The notes: generated by a model from the letters alone, not told the origin. A stretch of 41,085 nt of DNA from Prevotellaceae bacterium (GCA_031281125.1 JAITFU010000030.1:1-41085); one strand, 5' to 3'. Positions 28,401 to 36,725 are shown, counted from the first letter of the stretch. Numbers and translations are program-made.

Positions 28401-28658
28401 CTCAGTCTTTTTGAGTTCGGTAAGGGCGTCAACATATTTAGCTCTTGCCTTTACATAGTCGGCAGCGGCTAAAATAAATGATGCTTTTGCGTCCTCAACA
28501 ACAATTTTAGCTAACGTAAGTTTAGCCTGTGCTCTCAGAAGCTCAGCTTTGGCCATTCGCATCTCAAGGACGCCTTCCGGCTCCTTATTGTCGATACAGC
28601 CAACGAACAGTGCGCCTATCAACGTAAAGGCCGCACACAGTTTTAAAAATTTTTTCAT
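25428..28658 (-). CDS. Very large lipoprotein with N- and C-terminal coiled coils, function unknown
   Basis: 1076-aa ORF. Lipobox LIGALFVGC followed by an acidic IDNKEPEG. About 270 aa of heptad-rich A/K/E/L sequence at the N-terminus and about 170 aa at the C-terminus. The W/Y/N/G-rich central region has no family I recognise. Confidence 0.8.
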   Translation of the reverse strand: MKKFLKLCAAFTLIGALFVGCIDNKEPEGVLEMRMAKAELLRAQAKLTLAKIVVEDAKASFILAAADYVKARAKYVDALTELKKTENEREKLANEFEKAVLQARIDYEIAKLNVMIEKELNKLAAEKRKGVKAIYLWYEEIIKLEKDLEKAKITNCDRIITKMRALIIEKAGLEAQVAEWMARRIMYLAVEVPKIEAILAYELEQAQFLFNIAEHALNMWEELKDLAIDQFESYLPKVEQDLKEAFAKSTELRLAADMEQFNLEELKKKVSDAELDYKYGGGLHTPIVENVFSKVADDFFRIGSVVNQGLNHSLGAKNVTIFTGVVNNTYSFYAEGEPFGAKAQLGAKNTMEQLILDSIYIEKNRIIRGVEGEALAKANLDKRDKDMTTAIANFNNDMTKWRTNYAIAITPDYWKATSDTYDDAVDAFTGLYGFLKGTNNKIEFTQAQIEAGAKALMELVATMNKDGVTNPDLRAEKVLAIANMSTLNFKYLVLTHLISTYVKNVKYLLFEEGEIDLDWKLELDKHLQISDVLGGITFNPGGLLELLWTGKNVKAFQDLINMILGYAYTYDLVAAVAELMPTYYANYLFFQGAIDPIKLATVGYTQAEMLEILKNEGPIMGKYGVSQPWEYHIWFLLYVLLENPGMINIGNVISINSSGYTDADLQIRTDFLKYTAVNFPGYYSTATCLTKATAPAAGNRVFPSGAKSPYSALVITAEANLRTRWIGYQNAVDTLNAVDARLYTPYHRKWGTGSTNCNGWLTDDFNKAAVGTPGDATKDFQFKPELTTGTYPPYLTEDVLYWTRNFVPYEYIHFADDQLSDNIGTNTSWWWAYYPSLAVHRVALTGTQYNRWVNIGSPIYLGDPVLWEANTGWAAFSTTAPAIPTARAARAFIAIRNYNQFKFWYDENVDANSYHKLLDAISDEIAALRPVVEDLYNKWVAAEQERVFKDFEIKAMHFQADVFENHYFAMLDVINHMIAETAAHIWAPTYYKDAFDNFVKYQAQLTAAEENIKLFNTLGIYHNGLILADSDHANFVENRVKHIDAHIASLQERIDIIDAELKILDKEKDTILALVI

Positions 28659-28771
28659 GCATTAAAAATTTAAGTTAAACAATAATTTTTTAAGTTGTTA
28701 TAATTGATTTGTATTTAGTTGTTTATTACATATTTAGCGTTATCGGTCACTTTTAAGGTCAATATCGAGCG

Positions 28772-28779
28772 CAAAGTTA
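28772..28779 (-). promoter_or_regulatory. -7 promoter box TAACTTTG inside the 174-nt gap upstream of the 1076-aa gene
   Basis: Plus strand CAAAGTTA, 114 nt upstream of the ATG at 28658. This is the only sizeable intergenic gap in the five-gene cluster. Confidence 0.35.
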
Positions 28780-28832
28780 TAATATTTTTTGATACGACAA
28801 TAAAAAATGTGAAAAAGTTGTTGAAAAATTTT

Positions 28833-31460
28833 TTAAGGTTCCAACAAACTCCCCGTTCTTTGGAGCAAAATATTGACGCCCGGGTTCCAGTAAACGGAAT
28901 AATTGGGATGATCCTTTATGGCCTGCGGAATGGTTCCCGTCAAACTGTTTGCGTTTACTTTTAGGATGGAGAGGTTGTGGAAATAGAAGATGTTGTCGCT
29001 ATCCTTACCGCCCCACTCCGCGGGAATATTGCGCCCCGATGTTGCATTGGCAAAACTGCACCCCGACAGATTAAGCTCCTGTAAATACCTAAGTTTGTAC
29101 AGATTTACGGGAAGCTCTCCCCCCAACCCAATGTTGCCCGACAAATTGAGCTTTTGGAGCCATGTTAACTCCTCTAACGGTATTCTGCTCACTACCGGCC
29201 CGTTCTCCAACACCCCAAAGAGGTTGAATCCGGGCAAAGAGATCTCCGATACCCGTCTCTCTCCCTCCATTACAACGGGATTAAACCCAATACCGGCCCA
29301 CTCTGCAACAGGTCTGTTGAGTTCCCACCGCTCTTTCCACACCACTCCGCTTAACCCAATGTAGAGCCGCGTCAATACGGTGCTGTCGGCAACCGATATG
29401 GTTGCGCCTCTTTGCACAAGAGTAAAGGTGGTATCAACCGCTTTTTCGCCGTTTATATTTTTAAAGGTAATGTGGGCGGTTCGGGGCGATAGTTGGCCGG
29501 TGGGCGCAAAGGTAAAGCTGTACCGCTGCTTGGCAATGGTATCTGCCGGCTTGATGGTTACCCAGCTCTCCATTCCGCTGTTTTTAAAGGCAATGGGATA
29601 ATTTGCGTTGATCATAAGGGTTACGTCTCCCCCTTTACCGTGCATACTTTGTGCCGATGGGGTGATGGTCACCTTGGGAACAAGGCCGCCCTGCACAATC
29701 TGTACCTCTTCTTTTAATGTCCCGCCCGTTTGGGTAATGGTCACTTTTCCTTCCCTTGGGGTGAACGATGGGTTGGAGAGGATATTGATTCTAATGACAG
29801 AGTCAACAAGGGGCGCTTTGGTAACAGGCGCCTTCTCAATCACAATCCAGGTGGCAGAGGCCGATGCGCTCCAAGGTACATTGGCGGTAACGGTCAAGTT
29901 GTGAGAAGATTCATCACCGGTGGTTTCGATTTTGTTTGTCTGCGCTTTTAGATACTCATCTCCTGCTTGTTGACGCACTGTCAATACCACTTTATGGGTG
30001 GCGCTTGTAATGGTCACGTTGGCCGATCTGGGGGCGCTGTTTGTATTGGGCGTAGCGGCACAAGAGAGCGCCTCTGTCTGTAACCCTTTGGTAACGGGGC
30101 TTCTTGATACCGTAAGCCACGGCTGATCCACCGCAAAATCCCAAGTGTCGTTGGAGGTGATAAAGAGATACGTTACTTTGTTTGGATCGGTACCGCCCTC
30201 TTTGCCAATGGGATGCGTATTTAAGTAGTCCTGATCGGGCGTTACGCTCAGTTGCGGGGCCGATGCGTTTTGCGTTAGTTTATAAGCCCTTGTATAGTTG
30301 CTGCTTACCTGTTTTATGATGATGTTGGTCGATCGGGTAGTCAAATCGTCGTTGGTTGCCACCTTAAGGGTAAAGGTGTTGCTGTTGCTGACCTTGCCTA
30401 CGTCGCTGACCCAAGAGGCAGGGGCGTTGTTTCCCGTTGTATCGACATCCCATACAAAGTTGGCATCCACCTCAATTGAATACCTTTGATTGGTTGCGGT
30501 TCCCGCCGCCGAAACGTTCACGCTCTCCGCAGGCGTAAAACTGATGGTGGGCGTTGTTGGACCCTGTACCACCGTAAGCGTACTTTTCACACTTGACTCG
30601 GGGAATCCTTTTCCGGTGAACTGTACAAGCGCCGTGCGCTCGTCTGCAAGGCCGTTTGGCTCCACAAAAAGAATGCAGGTTGAGTCCTTCTTCGCCTTGG
30701 TTTCTATACTCTCTACCACTTTTACCCAGCTATGAGTAGAGGTGGCCGTCCAGGGGACGTTGGAGATAATATCAAAGGTGATGTATCCTCCGCCCACCTC
30801 CACAGGTTGTGTATGCGACTCCTGAGGCAGCAAAATTTCGGGTTTCTCTCCCAATTGCGTTACGGTAAATTGTTGCGACAGCGATCCGCCCCTCTGCTTA
30901 AAGGTGATCTTTGCACTTCTGGCAGCCAAATCGGTGTTTTGGCTTGCCCTAAATATACGTTTGTTGTCCGCCACCGTCTTGGTTCCCGTAATCTCAGTCA
31001 CCCACAACCCCTCTATGGTAATATCCACCTCCACATTTGTTGTCAGCATCACCTCAAATTCTTTCTGTTCAGCGTCAAACGCTATGGCATCCTCTTTTAG
31101 AGACAACACCGCCGCCTCTCCCCTTTGCGTCACCTTTACCTCCTGTCTAATCTTATCTCCCTGAAGGATAAAACTTGCCTGACGCGGAGTCAACGTAACG
31201 TTGGGTGTTACCATAATATCCAACTCCGTATCTCCATAGTTTTTTGTGGGCGACACGCTGAGCCAAGTGGCCGAAACATCTACCACTGTCCACATTCCGT
31301 TTGAAGTAACAAAAATAGTAGCCGGCGTATATTGCTCCGCATCCACCTCAATCGAACTCCGCGAGACGTTTAAAAATTCATCCGCTCTCTTCATGCACCC
31401 CAAAAAGGCAAGGGCAACAAGAGGCAATAAAAAGTAGGTTTTTCTCCAATGTGCTTTCAT
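28833..31460 (-). CDS. Surface lipoprotein with at least 7 BACON-like Ig domains and a C-terminal plant-type leucine-rich-repeat domain
   Basis: 875-aa ORF. Lipobox LVALAFLGC. Repeated W..V/WLSV...N....R.A.I.. units (for example ATWLSVSPTKNYGDTELDIMVTPNVTLTPRQASFILQG). C-terminal LQKLNLSGNIGLGGELPVNLYKLRYLQELNLSGCSF...LSILKVNANSLTGTIPQAI. Confidence 0.85.
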   Translation of the reverse strand: MKAHWRKTYFLLPLVALAFLGCMKRADEFLNVSRSSIEVDAEQYTPATIFVTSNGMWTVVDVSATWLSVSPTKNYGDTELDIMVTPNVTLTPRQASFILQGDKIRQEVKVTQRGEAAVLSLKEDAIAFDAEQKEFEVMLTTNVEVDITIEGLWVTEITGTKTVADNKRIFRASQNTDLAARSAKITFKQRGGSLSQQFTVTQLGEKPEILLPQESHTQPVEVGGGYITFDIISNVPWTATSTHSWVKVVESIETKAKKDSTCILFVEPNGLADERTALVQFTGKGFPESSVKSTLTVVQGPTTPTISFTPAESVNVSAAGTATNQRYSIEVDANFVWDVDTTGNNAPASWVSDVGKVSNSNTFTLKVATNDDLTTRSTNIIIKQVSSNYTRAYKLTQNASAPQLSVTPDQDYLNTHPIGKEGGTDPNKVTYLFITSNDTWDFAVDQPWLTVSRSPVTKGLQTEALSCAATPNTNSAPRSANVTITSATHKVVLTVRQQAGDEYLKAQTNKIETTGDESSHNLTVTANVPWSASASATWIVIEKAPVTKAPLVDSVIRINILSNPSFTPREGKVTITQTGGTLKEEVQIVQGGLVPKVTITPSAQSMHGKGGDVTLMINANYPIAFKNSGMESWVTIKPADTIAKQRYSFTFAPTGQLSPRTAHITFKNINGEKAVDTTFTLVQRGATISVADSTVLTRLYIGLSGVVWKERWELNRPVAEWAGIGFNPVVMEGERRVSEISLPGFNLFGVLENGPVVSRIPLEELTWLQKLNLSGNIGLGGELPVNLYKLRYLQELNLSGCSFANATSGRNIPAEWGGKDSDNIFYFHNLSILKVNANSLTGTIPQAIKDHPNYSVYWNPGVNILLQRTGSLLEP

Positions 31461-31480
31461 ATAGTATAATTTGGTTCGAC

Positions 31481-34312
31481 TTATTTAGACCCCATATAGT
31501 ACACCACTATACGGTCGCCATCGGCAATAAAGAGGTAGTTGTTCTTAATTGCCATGCCTTTGGGATGATTGAGGGTCCCGTCTGCGGGGACAAATTCATG
31601 GATTTCATAGTTGGCATTGGCGCCCGTAAGGGTTGGCGGAGCAAGCGGGAGGCGGGGCGGCGGCGGATAAAAGCCGTATGCCGCAGAGAGGGCGTTGTTA
31701 AACGGGCTCCATCCTGAGTACGTTACCGATACAATCCGTCCTTTGTTAAGGAGGGTCTCGCCATCGTCGCAAGATACCAATACACGGCCTCCCATGAGTG
31801 GATTATTGTCAAAAATAACGCTGTGGCAATGGTCTAATATAACGGGATTACTTGCCGTAACATCTGTTTTGTCTTGTCCGGACTGTCCCGGTGTAACTAA
31901 TTCCCAACGAAATCCACTTTTACTCCATGGTGGACTTGACGGCGCCGGATATTCCGGGGTATGTGGATAATCGTCCCGTAGATACCTTGCACCTCCGCCC
32001 TTTCCGCCATAATTAATATGGCGCGAATAGAGACGACCCCTGTCCACCACCCATGAAGTAGTGCCTACGCCCGCAACCTCGCCAAACGCAATACCTGTAG
32101 GATTGGTTGGACTCCAGTCGTACCACCAACCCTGTGCAGAGTTTACACGCGGTATCCGGCCGGTAACCCATCCGGCCACGGTGCTCCACGGATTTCCCAA
32201 ACCATCTACAAAATTATCCATCTGCTGGTAAAGCGATCCCAACAACTCATGCGGCGCAATGGCGCCTGCACGGGTGCCGTTTAAGTTGCCCCAATCGGGC
32301 AACCCTTCCCAAGCTTGAATAATCGTTTGAAAATCAGGAATCCGCACACCCCAATCATCAAAATGGGTAATCAATTCGTAAAGAGCGTCAAGGGCAACGG
32401 TTATGCTGTTGTCAAATCCCGTTACCTGCGAAACAGCGTCCAAGAAGTTGAGATATTCAATAATCTGGTCATTTTTAATCACTTTCTTTATATTGTCGAT
32501 CTCAAGGATCTCTACTATTGTCTTTATCTTGTTCAACATATTGCCATCATCTAAAGCAGTAACCAATCTGTCATACTGACTACGCTCCGACACCAATGCA
32601 AAGGGATTTCCGGTTTCCTGATCCTTAAATTTAAGCAGATGAAGCGTAAGGGCCAACTTTTGGTTCATGGTACGATCATCCAAAGCATTGTAACTATTGG
32701 CAAAATCGGGACTAATAGGCACTCCGTATTCAGCTATCGGCTTGGGAGTTCCATCGGATTTCCATGGATTCCACGGCTCCTCGCCGGTCGGGGACAACAC
32801 GTATGGACGCTGGGGAAGCTCCCCAAACTGATCCTTATAGGTGCCGTTTAGCGAAAGAATGCCGCCCGGTTTGCGGTACTCGTTAATGACGCTTAACCAT
32901 GCTTCGTAATTTTTAAAGTTGGTGGTGATTAGCTCTGCATTAATGACACTATTCACAGGGCCTGTGATATACCCGTTTTCTGCAATCCAAACCATTATAC
33001 CTTCGGTAGCTATATCTTTAAGACTCAGCACCGTGGGGTCAGTATCGGGGTTGCCGCTCCAAAACCAACTAATCGGTGGAATGGTTGCAGCAGTATTTAC
33101 TATCCCTCTTACTCCACCATAAACTTGGTCTCGTACATAAGGCACCAAATAATTCATCGCTTCGTTCCGTAAAGTTGTCACAATGTTATCTATAAGTCCG
33201 GTATCTGAAAGGAGCCCGTCCACCAAATCTTTAATAATTGACTCGTCCACCTCAAGCAAACCATACCACAAAGTGACCAAATGCAGGCCCCATTGCGGCG
33301 TAAGGGTCAGCTCTACGGGAACATAAATGGTCAGGTCAAAATCAATGTTGAAATTAATGGGGATAATTGCAATATTAAAAAAATTTATATTCCAACTAAC
33401 AGGAATATGAATAGGTATGATAAACGGTATGGAATTGGGAGAGGGCAACAGAAACCTCAGAAAATCCAAAGCATCTGTCGGCAAATCAATATTATAATCA
33501 AATGTCACAAAGTTCTCCAACATTTCAAGCGGCAAATCCTCAAGATCCATCTTTAGATTTCCATTGTCATCAATCAGATTGTCCAAAAATCCATCGGGTA
33601 AATAGAGGTGAAACTGTCGGGCAATATTGAGCATTGTCCCGTAGTCCATATTGCTAAAGTCCGCGTTTCCCAAAGCCAAATCCACCAGAAACTGAAACTC
33701 TTTGGGCACAAGATTTTCAATTGCGCCCAAAGTTTTGCTGATCCGATCCGTGGTATTTATGGTCATTCCTTCCAAATCGCTGTTGGCCGCATAGTAAAGG
33801 CTTCCGTTATACACCGTTAGGGCGTTAAAGCTGCCGCGTGGCGCCACAAAGAGCTTTTGGGCGGGGCAATTAAAAAAACGACTGTGCCACGATTCGGTAG
33901 CTTGCGTCACATAAATCACCTGATCAGAGGTCCACTTGTGGGTGGTGGCGCCCGGCTTGGGATCGCCCGACGAACCAATAAACAAGGTGTTGTTGGCCCC
34001 CGCCGCGATTCCATTGGCGCCCGGCACCTTAGCGTAAGGTACCGCCGTGGCGGTACGCGAAAGTTCCATCAAATTAGATATGTCAAACCTATAGACCTGA
34101 TCCTGTTTGGGTGCAGTGGCATACAAATGGTTGCCGTCAACGGCCAGCGATGTCACCTCAACCCCTTCGGGCAGATAGATCACTTGTGGCGGCGCACCGG
34201 GGCGGGTGGGGTCATCCATGGAGTTCTTTGTGGGGGCATCCATGGTGGGGTTGCAGGCGGTGGTGAGGAGGGCGGCACTCAAAACAAAGGGTTTAAAATA
34301 TAGTGTTTTCAT
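31481..34312 (-). CDS. Large lipoprotein of unknown function with propeller-blade-like N- and C-terminal segments
   Basis: 943-aa ORF. Signal/lipobox FVLSAALLTTAC. NHL/SMP-30-like strings appear at both ends (NHLYATAPKQDQVYRFD; HPKGMAIKNNYLFIADGDRIVVYY). The central ~500 aa are unrecognised. It starts 8 nt after the upstream gene and ends 20 nt before the downstream gene. Confidence 0.8.
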   Translation of the reverse strand: MKTLYFKPFVLSAALLTTACNPTMDAPTKNSMDDPTRPGAPPQVIYLPEGVEVTSLAVDGNHLYATAPKQDQVYRFDISNLMELSRTATAVPYAKVPGANGIAAGANNTLFIGSSGDPKPGATTHKWTSDQVIYVTQATESWHSRFFNCPAQKLFVAPRGSFNALTVYNGSLYYAANSDLEGMTINTTDRISKTLGAIENLVPKEFQFLVDLALGNADFSNMDYGTMLNIARQFHLYLPDGFLDNLIDDNGNLKMDLEDLPLEMLENFVTFDYNIDLPTDALDFLRFLLPSPNSIPFIIPIHIPVSWNINFFNIAIIPINFNIDFDLTIYVPVELTLTPQWGLHLVTLWYGLLEVDESIIKDLVDGLLSDTGLIDNIVTTLRNEAMNYLVPYVRDQVYGGVRGIVNTAATIPPISWFWSGNPDTDPTVLSLKDIATEGIMVWIAENGYITGPVNSVINAELITTNFKNYEAWLSVINEYRKPGGILSLNGTYKDQFGELPQRPYVLSPTGEEPWNPWKSDGTPKPIAEYGVPISPDFANSYNALDDRTMNQKLALTLHLLKFKDQETGNPFALVSERSQYDRLVTALDDGNMLNKIKTIVEILEIDNIKKVIKNDQIIEYLNFLDAVSQVTGFDNSITVALDALYELITHFDDWGVRIPDFQTIIQAWEGLPDWGNLNGTRAGAIAPHELLGSLYQQMDNFVDGLGNPWSTVAGWVTGRIPRVNSAQGWWYDWSPTNPTGIAFGEVAGVGTTSWVVDRGRLYSRHINYGGKGGGARYLRDDYPHTPEYPAPSSPPWSKSGFRWELVTPGQSGQDKTDVTASNPVILDHCHSVIFDNNPLMGGRVLVSCDDGETLLNKGRIVSVTYSGWSPFNNALSAAYGFYPPPPRLPLAPPTLTGANANYEIHEFVPADGTLNHPKGMAIKNNYLFIADGDRIVVYYMGSK

Positions 34313-34320
34313 GGCGATGT

Positions 34321-36534
34321 TTAATTTTGTTTAACAGGAATTGTTAAGTTTAGCGAACCATCTGTGTTGGGTACTGAAATAGTGATTGTCCAGTTAGCAG
34401 TAAATATTGTGAGGTACTGGCCGGGCCGCACATTAAAAGTGGAAGGAAGTGTGCATACGGTTGGAAATGAGACAGTAAGGTTATATGTGATTAAGCCAAC
34501 ACCGACGTGTGATCCTATCCATTGTTGAGAACCAATATAACCGGACAGGGAAAGAGATGCGGCACCAGGGGCTGTATTTGGGAAACTACCTGATCCAAAT
34601 GAAAATGAAGTCGGATTTGCGATCAAATACCAAGTCGCATCCTGAGATACTGATACTGATTTGTTGAAAGAAGAGTATGCAGGATTATCAGCGACGATCT
34701 GCAGAAAGTCATCCCTACCACTCTGTAAATTTGATTGATTGCCATTATTCACTGCCCTAAAATTATACGTCCATGAATCTCCGCCGTTATGAACCAAAGA
34801 TTTTTCCAACCACCAAATATCGGGAACAGAAAAGGCAAAATTACACTCAAATGTAATGGCCTGCCACAGAGCGCCTGCACCTGCAAACTGAACGGTTGGA
34901 GCACCACCGGTAATTGCACAATGAGGCACAAAAGCGTCCTGTGTAACGGTAAACCTACTCTGTTCTATATTGTTGCACTTAATAATATATGTGGCAGAAT
35001 AAGCATTTGTAGTTTCGTTTGCGATAGTTGGATATACGTATATGGTTTGCTGCCTGACCACCGTTTCCGGATTGTCAGACATCACGCTAACTGTAAACAT
35101 ATTATGGTCTCCGGCGCCCTCTGCCTCAATGGTCCATGGATGGTTGGCCTCAATGGTAAAGGATGGAGTAATACCGACCTGAAAACCGCCGTTAGAAGCA
35201 GCAAAATTGTATGGACCGGACACATTGGTAACAAAATGCAACAATTTCACGGGCTGCTCAATCGTCAACACCCTGATTAAGTCATTGACCGGCGACCCTT
35301 GAATAACCATACCTCCGGAAAAAGTGACCTCAGCAGTCCGTGGTACCGTAAGGCTGGGGTTGGGTGCAATGGTAAACTTGATGGTTTCTGCCACTTCGTC
35401 AATGCCCATGGTCAGGTTGGCCTCTGTTGGGGTAACAGCTTTGACCCAGTCGTCACCCAGAGTGATCTCTGCCTCCCAGTTGCGGTTGCTCTCCGACACA
35501 AGCCACACCTCAAAATCATTGGGGATATTGCCAGGGTTAAGCGCCGGAACAGAAAGAAGATAATCAGAATATGAAAAATCGCCAAAATTTGGTGAGCCCG
35601 GATCTTTTTCAAAAACAATATAGGGACTTACCGTAAGTTGCTTGATTTCTAAAGTTTTGGCGCTAATATTACCCACGCCTCCATCCATAACAATCTCAAT
35701 TTTTGCGGTTCGCGGATAACGGGTTGATGTATTGGCAAGTAGGGTCAGCCATACCGGCACCTCTCCGGTAGCGTCTGTGGAAAAGGAGATGGATAGGCCG
35801 TTGCCGTCCGGGGTGGCTGTAGCCGTACCGTCCAATAATCCAACTGATAACCACAAACTCACATCCTCATTGGCATTTACGCCGGTGGGCTTAACGGTAA
35901 GCGTCCACGACCTAAGAGTGTGTACTTCAAAACGGCGCGTCTCCTCGCCTCCAACACCGCTGCCCGTTCCGGCAAAAAGAATAAAGGCCGGGGTAAAGGG
36001 GTATTGCGTTGCTTTAATCTTGTCTTCCTTATATTTTTCGATAAAATTGCCGTCATAGTCAAAGAGATCCAAATCCTGTCCCATCATATTCCGCACCACA
36101 TGAATCTTCACCGTCAAGTTGGGGTTCCCGTTGTTGCGGAGTATCAAATCAAACGACTGAACAAAGGGGTGGTCGTTGTTGGCTTTGTTGGTGAAAGTCA
36201 TTGTTTTGTCGGTGACTACGCCGGTTACGGCGCCGGCAAAGATGCCAATGCTGAAACAGGAAGGAATAGAGACTTCGCACCAGTTTGGGATGCTGTAAAA
36301 AGAGGCTTTGTCAATGTACCAATAGTTGGTGGTGTTAATATCGATTGTAACGGCAGAGCCTTGGGCGCCATTAAGATAAACTGTTGCCTCTTTGGCATAC
36401 TTGCTGTCGGGTTCGCCCTGCTGTTTGACCAACAGACGCGCATCGGGACCCTCGTACGCGTCTCGCGCACAAAAGCCTACGCCCGATGTTAAGATCGCAA
36501 TCAGAGACAAATGTATAAATGAAGATATTCTCAT
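34321..36534 (-). CDS. Large lipoprotein with several BACON-like/Ig-like domains, function unknown
   Basis: 737-aa ORF. Signal MRISSFIHLSLIAILTSGVGFC. BACON-like units, for example WLSVGLLDG...PVWLTLLANTSTRYPRTAKIEIV and DWVKAVTPTE...IAPNPSLTVPRTAEVTFSGG. Confidence 0.8.
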   Translation of the reverse strand: MRISSFIHLSLIAILTSGVGFCARDAYEGPDARLLVKQQGEPDSKYAKEATVYLNGAQGSAVTIDINTTNYWYIDKASFYSIPNWCEVSIPSCFSIGIFAGAVTGVVTDKTMTFTNKANNDHPFVQSFDLILRNNGNPNLTVKIHVVRNMMGQDLDLFDYDGNFIEKYKEDKIKATQYPFTPAFILFAGTGSGVGGEETRRFEVHTLRSWTLTVKPTGVNANEDVSLWLSVGLLDGTATATPDGNGLSISFSTDATGEVPVWLTLLANTSTRYPRTAKIEIVMDGGVGNISAKTLEIKQLTVSPYIVFEKDPGSPNFGDFSYSDYLLSVPALNPGNIPNDFEVWLVSESNRNWEAEITLGDDWVKAVTPTEANLTMGIDEVAETIKFTIAPNPSLTVPRTAEVTFSGGMVIQGSPVNDLIRVLTIEQPVKLLHFVTNVSGPYNFAASNGGFQVGITPSFTIEANHPWTIEAEGAGDHNMFTVSVMSDNPETVVRQQTIYVYPTIANETTNAYSATYIIKCNNIEQSRFTVTQDAFVPHCAITGGAPTVQFAGAGALWQAITFECNFAFSVPDIWWLEKSLVHNGGDSWTYNFRAVNNGNQSNLQSGRDDFLQIVADNPAYSSFNKSVSVSQDATWYLIANPTSFSFGSGSFPNTAPGAASLSLSGYIGSQQWIGSHVGVGLITYNLTVSFPTVCTLPSTFNVRPGQYLTIFTANWTITISVPNTDGSLNLTIPVKQN

Positions 36535-36656
36535 AGATTTTGGTTTTATTTATCTGCTATTATATGATGCTGCTTCCCCTCAAAACGCTGCATGAAGGGT
36601 CGGTTTTTCTAAAATTTTTAACAAAACTATACACTTTTTCTAATATAGGTATCGGG

Positions 36657-36664
36657 CAAAGATA
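36657..36664 (-). promoter_or_regulatory. -7 promoter box TATCTTTG for the minus-strand surface-protein operon
   Basis: Plus strand CAAAGATA, about 123 nt upstream of the ATG at 36534. It forms the left arm of an 11-nt inverted repeat with the plus-strand promoter. Confidence 0.45.
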
Positions 36665-36695
36665 GATATTTTTTTTACACGGCGATAATATTTTT

Positions 36696-36703
36696 TATCT
36701 TTG
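36696..36703 (+). promoter_or_regulatory. -7 promoter box TATCTTTG upstream of the AAA ATPase gene
   Basis: TATCTTTG, 23 nt upstream of the ATG at 36726. Confidence 0.45.
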
Positions 36704-36725
36704 CCCCCGCAAGAAAAACCATTTA

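Noticed and set aside
28645-28834. AAAAATTTTTT strings at both ends of the 174-nt gap, considered as inverted repeats of an invertible promoter
   Set aside because: The sequence is low-complexity and self-complementary A/T. It also encodes the MKKFLK signal-peptide start and the stop-proximal region. There is no recombinase gene nearby. I kept it only as a minor note within the S-layer-like finding, not as a called invertible element.
34789-36492. Plus-strand ORFs of 163 and 190 aa opposite the 737-aa lipoprotein gene
   Set aside because: They are nested antisense ORFs with low-complexity, Cys/Arg/Gly-rich translations and no promoter box. The minus-strand frame has a signal peptide and repeated BACON-like units.
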